Shown piece after piece: positions 8,019 through 15,706 of a DNA stretch of 49,505 nucleotides. Location of the stretch: the NCBI GenBank assembly GCA_030592635.1, contig JAUVIS010000002.1, positions 1 to 49,505 on the forward strand, given 5' to 3'. The DNA comes from Candidatus Fermentibacteraceae bacterium (GTDB lineage: Bacteria > Fermentibacterota > Fermentibacteria > Fermentibacterales > JCC-6). Under the pieces are notes generated by a model. It was not told the origin of the DNA and did not search any database. It saw only the letters and a list, made by a program, of their open reading frames with translations. The position numbers and the translations under genes were made by a program. Each line of letters starts with the position of its first letter. Position 1 is the stretch's first letter.

Positions 8019-8984
8019 TTGCAGGATCGCTACCCGGATCCGGAGACATTTTCCGCAGGTGTTCTTTACGAGAGCCTGGGAAAGAAACTTGCACTTGATT
8101 CCATGACTGGGACCAGGGGATACAACAGAATGATTGTGTCCCCTGATATCAGCCGTCCTGGTCTCTGTTTTTCCGGATACACACACAAATTCATGCACAG
8201 CAGGATACAGATAATCGGAGAAACGGAGATTACTCTTCTGAATCAGTTGTCTCAAAAGGACAGAACTGCTGCCGTCGCCAATGTGTATAATTTCCCTGTT
8301 GTGTGCTGCATTGTTACAAAGGGGCTTTCTCCCCCGGAAGAACTGGTTTCGGCGGCACAGGAATCCGATACGGCTCTGTTTGTTTCACCGCAGGATACCA
8401 CACCTCTGATACACGATCTGACAGATTTTCTCGGTGAGGTCTTTGCTCCGCATGTTTCGCTTCATGGAACACTTGTTGATATCTACGGCGAGGGGCTTCT
8501 TGTGATGGGAAGAAGCGCTATCGGGAAAAGCGAAGCAGTTCTCGGGCTGGTGGAAAGAGGACACAGACTGGTCGCTGACGATCTTGTGAGAGTGAGAAAA
8601 GCGGGTAATCGTCTTATCGGTACAGGTGATGCTCTGATAGGATTTCATATGGAGATACGCGGAATCGGATTTGTGAGTATTCCCGAGCTCTATGGTGTTG
8701 GCGCAATAAAGGAGATGCAGTCAGTCGATCTGGCTGTGAGGCTTCTTGATGCTGATCTGGTGGATGAAACGGACAGATCAGGACTTGCTGAAAAGCATAT
8801 GAACATACTGGGAGTTGATGTTCCAATGGTGGAGATACCGGTTCTTCCCGGAAGAAACATCACGCTTCTTCTTGAAGTTGCCGCCATGATGAACATTCAG
8901 GCAAAAGATACAGGATGTACATCCGCGGAACGACTGAACAGGAAGCTGATAGCTCGCATGGGCAGGAACAGACTGAGGGAATAA
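8019..8984 (+). CDS. hprK: HPr kinase/phosphorylase
   Basis: Walker A segment GRSAIGKSEAVLGLVERGHRLVADDLV and the HprK signature IRGIGFV are present. The start is TTG, 3 nt after the hpf stop. Confidence 0.9.
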   Translation: MQDRYPDPETFSAGVLYESLGKKLALDSMTGTRGYNRMIVSPDISRPGLCFSGYTHKFMHSRIQIIGETEITLLNQLSQKDRTAAVANVYNFPVVCCIVTKGLSPPEELVSAAQESDTALFVSPQDTTPLIHDLTDFLGEVFAPHVSLHGTLVDIYGEGLLVMGRSAIGKSEAVLGLVERGHRLVADDLVRVRKAGNRLIGTGDALIGFHMEIRGIGFVSIPELYGVGAIKEMQSVDLAVRLLDADLVDETDRSGLAEKHMNILGVDVPMVEIPVLPGRNITLLLEVAAMMNIQAKDTGCTSAERLNRKLIARMGRNRLRE

Positions 8985-8985
8985 C

Positions 8986-9258
8986 ATGACGGAAAAAGTA
9001 ATAACAGTTCCGAATAAACTGGGTATTCACGCTCGTCCTGCAGCTATGATAGTAAGAGTTGCTGTTGAATTCGACTGTGAAATATGGGTGGAAAGTCCAG
9101 CTGACAGGGTTAACGCGAAAAGCATTATGGGGGTTATGACACTCGCTGCCTCCGGTGGAACCTCAATCACTGTTTCGGCAGAGGGCAGAGAAGAAACGGA
9201 AGCTGTGGAAGCAATCGCGGATGTTATCAGAAGCGGCTTCGGGGAAGAGATGATCTGA
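8986..9258 (+). CDS. ptsH: Phosphocarrier protein HPr
   Basis: His-15 context LGIHARPAA and Ser-46 context NAKSIMGVMTL are present. The ORF is 90 aa. Confidence 0.9.
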   Translation: MTEKVITVPNKLGIHARPAAMIVRVAVEFDCEIWVESPADRVNAKSIMGVMTLAASGGTSITVSAEGREETEAVEAIADVIRSGFGEEMI

Positions 9259-11021
9259 TGCTGTTCAAAGGTATTCCAGCTTCCCACGGTATAGCAATCG
9301 GCCCCGCATTTCTATTGAAAGTCGAGCAGCTCAGGCATGCCAGAATTTCTCTGGAATCTTCTGCTGAAACTGAACAGGAGATCGTCAGATACAGGAACGC
9401 GATTTCCGGAGTCCGCCATGACCTGGAGAATATTGCGGATTCAATGGGGGATGTTGTTGAGGGCAGGCAGATTCTTGAGTTTCTTCTGCTCCTGCTTCAG
9501 GACCCGACTATAAAAAAAGAGGTGGAGAGCAGGATACTCTCCGAAATGGTTAATGCGGAATATGCGGTCAGCGCGACCCTGCGCGGGGTTATGGAGAAGT
9601 TCAATGTGATGGCTGATCCCTATATTCGCGAAAGAGTCGCGGATGTCAGAGATGTTGGCCGGAGGGTAATTGAGAAGCTCACAGGCACCGAGAAAGAGGC
9701 ACTGAAAAATCTTGATCAGCCGGTGATTCTGGTGGCGAAAGATCTTGATCCCTCGGAAACCGCAGGGCTGAAGCCGGGTCAGGTTCTCGCTATTGTTACC
9801 GACATGGGAGGCAGAACTTCTCACACTACTATTCTCGCCCGAGGTCTTGGCATTCCCGCTGTCGTAGGGCTTCAAAGGATCGCCCCGGAAATAAATCCCC
9901 GCGATATACTTATAGTCGACGGCATACACGGTCATGTGATAGTAAACCCCACAAGCGAAGAACTTCGATATTACCGCGATATCAGGGAAAAATTCCAGGA
10001 AGCGGAGAACCTTCTTCAGCAGATGAATCCGGGACCTGCTCTTACTGAAGACGGTGTCAGGTTCGAACTTGCCGCAAATATTGAACTTCCTCACGAGGTG
10101 GAGCTTGTCAGAAAACTGGGAGCTGATGGAGTAGGTCTTTTCAGAACTGAATTTTTGCGATTGATTCAGGAAAACGGCGAGAACGAGGAAGACCACTTTC
10201 AGATATACAACAGGGTCGCCTCTGAGATGATGCCGAAGCCGGTGATAATAAGAACCTACGATATGGGCGGAGACAAGTTCAGAACGGGGCTGGACTCTGT
10301 CAGAGAAGCGAATCCATTTCTGGGATACAGAGCAATAAGGATTGGCCTGGACAGGCCGGTTGAGTTTTCAATTCAGCTTCGTGCCATTCTCCGGGCTTCA
10401 GTACACGGTAACATCCGGCTGATGTTCCCCATGGTGACTCATGTTGAACAACTCCGCAGGCTGAGAGATCTTCTCGGGATGGTCAGGAACGATCTTACAG
10501 CAGGAGGAATACAATTTGATGATAAAATGCAGGTGGGTATCATGGTTGAGACTCCGGCTGCCGTTATTGCTCTCGACTTGATGCTTCCCTATGTGGATTT
10601 TGTTTCCATTGGTACAAATGATCTTACGCAATACACTCTGGCAGTGGATCGGGGAAATCCCCAGGTCGCTGATCTTTATGATCCCTTCCATCCCGCCGTG
10701 TTAAGACAGATTGACACTGTGGTAAGGCTCTGCCATTCTCAGAGGAAATGGGTTGGAATATGCGGATCAATGGCCGGTGACCCGCTGGCTGTTCCGCTGC
10801 TGATCGGATTCGGGGTTGACGAATTCAGCGTAGCTCCGTCATTAATCCCTGATGTTAAAAAAATGATCGCGGTGGTTACCACCCACGCAGCCCGCGAAAT
10901 GGCGGAGAAATCACTTTCTATTGAGACCGGTCTCAGGGTCAGAGCCCTTGTACACTCCTATGTAGTTGGAAAATATCCTGAAATCCTTCTTGACGAAAAC
11001 GACTGGAAAACTGGAGGCTGA
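9258..11021 (+). CDS. ptsI: Phosphoenolpyruvate-protein phosphotransferase (PTS Enzyme I)
   Basis: Active-site His segment GGRTSHTTILARGLGIPAVVG and PEP-utilising C-terminal blocks (FRTEFL, IGTNDLTQY) are present. The start overlaps the ptsH stop by 1 nt. Confidence 0.92.
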   Translation: MLFKGIPASHGIAIGPAFLLKVEQLRHARISLESSAETEQEIVRYRNAISGVRHDLENIADSMGDVVEGRQILEFLLLLLQDPTIKKEVESRILSEMVNAEYAVSATLRGVMEKFNVMADPYIRERVADVRDVGRRVIEKLTGTEKEALKNLDQPVILVAKDLDPSETAGLKPGQVLAIVTDMGGRTSHTTILARGLGIPAVVGLQRIAPEINPRDILIVDGIHGHVIVNPTSEELRYYRDIREKFQEAENLLQQMNPGPALTEDGVRFELAANIELPHEVELVRKLGADGVGLFRTEFLRLIQENGENEEDHFQIYNRVASEMMPKPVIIRTYDMGGDKFRTGLDSVREANPFLGYRAIRIGLDRPVEFSIQLRAILRASVHGNIRLMFPMVTHVEQLRRLRDLLGMVRNDLTAGGIQFDDKMQVGIMVETPAAVIALDLMLPYVDFVSIGTNDLTQYTLAVDRGNPQVADLYDPFHPAVLRQIDTVVRLCHSQRKWVGICGSMAGDPLAVPLLIGFGVDEFSVAPSLIPDVKKMIAVVTTHAAREMAEKSLSIETGLRVRALVHSYVVGKYPEILLDENDWKTGG

Positions 11022-11026
11022 CATAC

Positions 11027-12007
11027 ATGCATTGCATCATTCCCGCCGCCGGCAGAGGAACAAGAATGCGACCGCTTACATGGTCAATCCCGAAACCCCT
11101 CATTCCTGTTGCCGGACGACCTGTACTGGCCCATGTAATAGATTCGCTGCTGGAAGCGGATGTGGATCATATAACGCTTATTGTGGGCTATCTCGGGGAT
11201 TCTATTGTCTCATGGGCCAGGACTGCTTATCCGGATATCAAAGTTGATTTCGCCATACAGGAGAAGCCTGACGGTCTCGCGTCAGCGGTTCTTCTGGCAG
11301 AACAGTATGTGAACGATGGCTCGCTGATGATTGTTCTCGGAGACACGCTTTTCTCAGCGGATTTGTCAGTTCTTAAAGGCGAAACCAGAAATATGATTGT
11401 AACCTCTCCGGTGGAAGATCCTTCAAGATTCGGTGTGGTTGTTATGGAGGGCAGCGGAGTAGTGGAACTCGTGGAAAAGCCATCTGAATTCATAAGCAAT
11501 CTCGCTATTGTGGGCGTTTACTATTTTGCAAGTGGCAGAAAGCTCATGGAGTACTGTAAGGAACTGAAGAAAAAGGACATAAAAACCAGAGGAGAGTATC
11601 AGCTTACAGACGCCATGCAACTCATGCTCAAGAACGGAGAGCCCTTCGGAATTCTGGATATTGACGGGTGGTACGACTGCGGGAAACCGGAAACCCTTCT
11701 TGAGACCAACAGAGAGCTTCTGGACAGAAACGGTAGCTCCGGTTCTCCCGTACTCGAGAACTCGGTAGTTATTGATCCGTGTTTTTTCAGCGAAGGAACA
11801 GTTATCAGGAATTCTGTTGTTGGCCCCTGGTTTTCCGGCGGAACCGGCGTTCTTATTGAGAATTCCAGAATAAGCAACACCATCGCGGGGGCAGATTCCG
11901 AGTTTAAGCATGTGATGTTGACAGAGACGGTTACAGGGGAGAGGTCAATTGTGCACGGGTCTTTTTCGAAAATGTACACAGGTGACGATTCAGTTGCGGA
12001 GATATAA
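11027..12007 (+). CDS. Sugar-1-phosphate nucleotidyltransferase with C-terminal left-handed beta-helix
   Basis: The N-terminal motif is IIPAAGRGTRMRPLTWSIPKPLIPV. The C-terminal region has repetitive hexapeptide-like character. Confidence 0.8.
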   Translation: MHCIIPAAGRGTRMRPLTWSIPKPLIPVAGRPVLAHVIDSLLEADVDHITLIVGYLGDSIVSWARTAYPDIKVDFAIQEKPDGLASAVLLAEQYVNDGSLMIVLGDTLFSADLSVLKGETRNMIVTSPVEDPSRFGVVVMEGSGVVELVEKPSEFISNLAIVGVYYFASGRKLMEYCKELKKKDIKTRGEYQLTDAMQLMLKNGEPFGILDIDGWYDCGKPETLLETNRELLDRNGSSGSPVLENSVVIDPCFFSEGTVIRNSVVGPWFSGGTGVLIENSRISNTIAGADSEFKHVMLTETVTGERSIVHGSFSKMYTGDDSVAEI

Positions 12008-13016
12008 CAAACGAATAGCGCTGTACGCGTCTTCCTCTGCCAACCGCGGAGGAACCGGCGTTTACACCAGGAGATTAATCAACGGCTTCAAAGAAGCTGG
12101 AATCACTGAAGTTGTTCCTCTTTGCCCGGGGAGTTCAGGATTTGCGGGAAAGCTTGTTTCAGAGCATTTTTCCATTCCCCGGATTGTCAGAAGAGAAGGA
12201 TTTGACCTCCTTCATCTTCCAGCCTTTGGCGGAAGAGCAGCGGGGGGTGTGCCGTACGCGGTAACAGTGCATGACATGGCATTCATGGCCCGACCTGACT
12301 GGTTTCCCCCGCTCAGATCTCTGTACTACAGACTTCATTTTCCCGGAGTGGCTCAGGGAGCGTCTGTAATTATAGCGGACAGCGATTTTACAGTTTCCGA
12401 GATTAAAAAATATCTGGGACTTGATGCCTGTCGGGTTTATCTGTCAGCTCCGGAAAACAACGCTGATGAAATTCTTTTTCGAAGAACTTTTGGTATAGAA
12501 GGTGAGTACATTCTTTCAACCGGCACAATTGAACCAAGAAAAAATATTGCTGCTCTCCTCGCGGCATGGCCCTCCATTAAGCTGGTTCATCCAGAGTTGA
12601 CCCTTGTGGTGACCGGCAGATGGGGATGGGGAAGAAAAGAAACAAAACTTGCTCTGCTGAATACACCCGGGGTCAAATGGGTTGGTTCCATCGCGGGTAA
12701 TCAGCTTATGAGTGCCTTTGCCGGTGCCAGACTGCTGGTTTATCCTTCTCTCTACGAAGGGTTTGGTCTCCCACCTCTGGAATCTGCCGCTTCCGGCGTT
12801 CCCTTTGTAATCGGACCTGCTGAAACACTGCGGGAAATTTTCGGAAACTGTGCAGCGGCAATATCCGGAGAGACTGCTCCCTCAATTGCCCGGGCGGTTC
12901 TTGAAGCCCTTGACAAGCGATTCTGCTCCGTGGAACTCCGGGAATTCGCAGACCGGTTCAAGGATACAACAATGGCACAGAATACATACATTGCCTACGG
13001 AAAAGCCTTCTCATGA
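11994..13016 (+). CDS. Glycosyltransferase family 4 (GT-B fold)
   Basis: The C-terminal E-x7-E-type block is YPSLYEGFGLPPLESAASGVPFV. The track ORF starts at a TTG at 11949. The real start is more likely the GTG at 11982 or the TTG at 11994, near the stop of the preceding gene. The start is uncertain. Confidence 0.8.
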   Translation: MRRYNKRIALYASSSANRGGTGVYTRRLINGFKEAGITEVVPLCPGSSGFAGKLVSEHFSIPRIVRREGFDLLHLPAFGGRAAGGVPYAVTVHDMAFMARPDWFPPLRSLYYRLHFPGVAQGASVIIADSDFTVSEIKKYLGLDACRVYLSAPENNADEILFRRTFGIEGEYILSTGTIEPRKNIAALLAAWPSIKLVHPELTLVVTGRWGWGRKETKLALLNTPGVKWVGSIAGNQLMSAFAGARLLVYPSLYEGFGLPPLESAASGVPFVIGPAETLREIFGNCAAAISGETAPSIARAVLEALDKRFCSVELREFADRFKDTTMAQNTYIAYGKAFS

Positions 13017-14086
13017 AAGTCCTTCAGGTTTATAAGGATGTTTTTCCTGAAGTCCATGGCGGAATAGAAAGGTATATACACGATTTTTCACTGTTTCTGA
13101 GAAGCCGAGGGCATTCTGTGCAGATCATTGTTGCAGGAGGTGGCGACAGAGTGGTTGGAGGTGTGGAAGTTACCGGCGTTCCTTCGCCGGTGAGAATAAT
13201 GTCCAACCCCATTGCACCCGGCTACACCAGAGTTCTCGCAGAAACTGACGCGGATGTTATCCATTTTCATCTGCCGCTGCCCGCGGCTGTTCTTGGATGG
13301 GAGTTTATAAAGAGAAGCGGAAGAAAGCCATATATAGTTACCTACCACAGCGATATTGTCCGCCAGGCTTTCATGATGCCGATTTACGGACCCGTTCTGC
13401 GCAGATTCCTTCGCGGCGCGTCTAAAGTCATTGCCACATCGGAGAACTACATCCGCACTTCAACTTATCTCAGCGGATTGCAGAACTCGGAGGCAATTCC
13501 CATTGGAGTGGATCTTAAACGATTCAGACCTGACAGCGACGCGAAGAAAAGTTACTATCTTTTTGTTGGAAGGTTCAGGAAATACAAAGGCATATTTGTT
13601 CTTCTCGAAGCATGGAGAAAAATGTCTGATCCCCCGGATCTGATACTTGCCGGCGGCGGCGGGCTTGTTCGCAGGGTCAGAAAATTTGTGGAAACGCATA
13701 AGCTTCCGGTAACTGTTCTGACCGATGTTACCGATGATGAACTGATTAAGTTGTATCAGGGTGCCAGAGCTCTTATTCTTCCTTCGATACAGCGCAGTGA
13801 GGCTTTCGGTATGGTACAGGTTGAAGCAATGGCCTGCGGAACTGCTGTGATAAGCAGCGATCTGCCCACCGGCGTGTCGTGGGTGAACCGGCACAATGAA
13901 ACAGGTCTTCTATTTTCAACAGGAGACCCGTCAGCGCTCTGTAAAGCAGTGATTCAGCTTGAAGAATCAATTGAAACCGGAACAGAAATGTACTTGAAAG
14001 CAAGAAAGAGGGCAGAGGATTTTTTTGACAGCGCAACAGTATTCGCAAGAGTTGAAGAATGTCTGATACAGGCAACAGAGATCTGA
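13013..14086 (+). CDS. Glycosyltransferase family 4 (GT-B fold)
   Basis: The motif SEAFGMVQVEAMACGTAVISSDLPTGVSWVNRHNETGLLF is present. There is a 4-nt ATGA overlap with the preceding GT4 gene. Confidence 0.85.
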   Translation: MKVLQVYKDVFPEVHGGIERYIHDFSLFLRSRGHSVQIIVAGGGDRVVGGVEVTGVPSPVRIMSNPIAPGYTRVLAETDADVIHFHLPLPAAVLGWEFIKRSGRKPYIVTYHSDIVRQAFMMPIYGPVLRRFLRGASKVIATSENYIRTSTYLSGLQNSEAIPIGVDLKRFRPDSDAKKSYYLFVGRFRKYKGIFVLLEAWRKMSDPPDLILAGGGGLVRRVRKFVETHKLPVTVLTDVTDDELIKLYQGARALILPSIQRSEAFGMVQVEAMACGTAVISSDLPTGVSWVNRHNETGLLFSTGDPSALCKAVIQLEESIETGTEMYLKARKRAEDFFDSATVFARVEECLIQATEI

Positions 14087-14577
14087 CAATTCTGATCCTT
14101 ACCGCAACTGCTCTGGGGGTTGTGGACAGCCTTATTCCGAGGCCTGTACCATTCATGAAGCTTGGACTTGCCAATGTGGCGGCGGTAATTGCTGTTGTCA
14201 GATACGGTTTTCTGAAAACACTGGAGCTGAACCTTTTCAGGGCCTTCGCAGTAGCTCTGATTACGGGTCTGCTGGCCACGCCTTCTTTTCTTCTTTCCAT
14301 TTCCGGAGCGGCGGCAAGCGCGACAGCTATGGGCCTGCTCAGAAAATTGCAGCCGGACAGATTCTCCATGGCTGGACTTTCTGCGGCGGGAGCGGTAGCA
14401 TCACTGTGGGCGCAGCTTCTGGTGGCCAGTCTGATTCTTCCGGGACTTCCGCTGCAGAATATTGTATTGTTGCTAACTCTGTGGGGGGTAATTTCCGGCG
14501 TAGCGATTGGCCTGCTGGCGCAGAAAGCTATGGGAAGGAACCCCGATATTGAAGTATTGCGCAAAGCCGGGGGTTAA
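14059..14577 (+). CDS. Gx transporter family membrane protein (heptaprenyl diphosphate synthase component I-like family)
   Basis: The protein is polytopic. IPRPVPFMKLGLANVAAVIAV resembles the conserved first loop and helix of this family. The start is uncertain because it overlaps the GT4 gene by 28 nt. Confidence 0.6.
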   Translation: MSDTGNRDLTILILTATALGVVDSLIPRPVPFMKLGLANVAAVIAVVRYGFLKTLELNLFRAFAVALITGLLATPSFLLSISGAAASATAMGLLRKLQPDRFSMAGLSAAGAVASLWAQLLVASLILPGLPLQNIVLLLTLWGVISGVAIGLLAQKAMGRNPDIEVLRKAGG

Positions 14578-14607
14578 ATTAAGTTACAGAGGTGGAAAGG
14601 AAAACTA

Positions 14608-14880
14608 TTGTTACACGGCAGATCCACAGGTTTCTGGATTTTCATAGCCCTGGCGGGTATGATGACGGGTACTGTTTTCGGCGAGGCGGTTGGTGCAGTG
14701 CTGCCGGACAGTTCAGTGGCTCTCAGGCGGTTTTTCAGCGGAGGTGCCGAGTTTTCGGTTGGGCCAATAGGGTTTGATCTTTACATACTCAGGTTTCATC
14801 TGACTGAGATTGCTGTGAAGCTGAACATCATGACATTTGCCGGTCTTCTCGCAGTGGGTGTGCTTTACAAATGGTTCTGA
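14608..14880 (+). CDS. Small membrane protein, DUF4321-like
   Basis: The 90-aa ORF has two hydrophobic helices flanking a beta-rich core (FSVGPIGFDLYILRFHLTEIAVKLNI), like DUF4321 proteins. The start is TTG, preceded by GGAAAGGAAAA. Confidence 0.5.
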   Translation: MLHGRSTGFWIFIALAGMMTGTVFGEAVGAVLPDSSVALRRFFSGGAEFSVGPIGFDLYILRFHLTEIAVKLNIMTFAGLLAVGVLYKWF

Positions 14881-14893
14881 CCAAACGGGGGGT

Positions 14894-15097
14894 TTGATTT
14901 TGGGTCGAATTGGAACCACGGAACTTATTCTTATTCTCGTTGTGCTTCTTCTTCTTTTTGGAGCGAAAAGGATTCCTGATATCGCCAGATCCGTAGGGAA
15001 GTCCTTGAACCAGTTCAAGAGGGGTATGCGGGAGATTGATATCGATCCGGACGAAAATAAAACAGATGACGATAAAAAAGAGCAGAGCGAGGGGTGA
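14894..15097 (+). CDS. tatA: Twin-arginine translocase subunit TatA/E
   Basis: GRIGTTELILILVVLLLLFGAKRIPDIARSVGKSLNQFKRG is the canonical TatA TM-hinge-amphipathic helix. The start is probably the TTG at 14894 or 14900, after a G-rich RBS. The track ORF (14837) is over-extended. Confidence 0.8.
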   Translation: MILGRIGTTELILILVVLLLLFGAKRIPDIARSVGKSLNQFKRGMREIDIDPDENKTDDDKKEQSEG

Positions 15098-15103
15098 TTC
15101 TGT

Positions 15104-15706
15104 ATGGCAACTGTTAGCTACAGCGCAAAAGAGATTGACTGCAAGATTGTTTATGCAGGCCCCGGATTGTCCGGAAAAACCACGAATGTCAAGTACATTC
15201 ACGGCCAGGTAGCAACGGGTTCAAGGGGGAAACTGATTTCTCTGGCTGCCGGCAATGACAGAACTTTGTTTTTTGATTTTCTCCCTCTTGATTCGGGAGA
15301 GATTAACGGTTTCAAGATCCGCCTTCATCTTTACAGCGTACCGGGGCAGGCAATGTATTCCGACAGTCGCAGACTCATACTTCAGGGTGTTGATGGCATC
15401 GTATTCGTCGCTGACTCACAGGAATCAAGGATGGATGCCAACATCGCCAGTCTCAGAGACTTGAAGGAAAACCTCCGCGGCCAGAGAAGAAAAGGTGTCA
15501 GTCTGGTTTTGCAGTGTAACAAACGGGATCTTCATGACGCAATTCCTGTTCCGGAAATCGTTAGTCAACTTGGTTTGTCCCGTGTTGCGTGCCTGGAGGC
15601 CGTCGCGTCCGAAGGCAAGGGAGTATTTGAGACCTTGCGAAGGGTAAGTCGAATGGTAATCGGCAGGCTTCACAGACAATTCGAAATACTGGAAGGTAGA
15701 GCCTGA
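15104..15706 (+). CDS. mglA: MglA-type Ras-superfamily small GTPase (paralog 1)
   Basis: P-loop KIVYAGPGLSGKTTN, intrinsic Arg-finger context DRTLFFDFLP, switch II YSVPGQAMY, the block VDGIVFVADSQ and G4 NKRD are all present. The layout is near-identical to Myxococcus MglA. Confidence 0.85.
   Translation: MATVSYSAKEIDCKIVYAGPGLSGKTTNVKYIHGQVATGSRGKLISLAAGNDRTLFFDFLPLDSGEINGFKIRLHLYSVPGQAMYSDSRRLILQGVDGIVFVADSQESRMDANIASLRDLKENLRGQRRKGVSLVLQCNKRDLHDAIPVPEIVSQLGLSRVACLEAVASEGKGVFETLRRVSRMVIGRLHRQFEILEGRA

Noticed and set aside
9441-10196. 251-aa minus-strand ORF
   Set aside because: It is antisense to ptsI, which has clear Enzyme I motifs in the plus frame. It has no motif or RBS of its own.
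13773-14564. 263-aa minus-strand ORF
   Set aside because: It is antisense to the GT4 and Gx-transporter genes. Its Ala/Arg/Ser-rich composition is typical of a GC-rich shadow frame.
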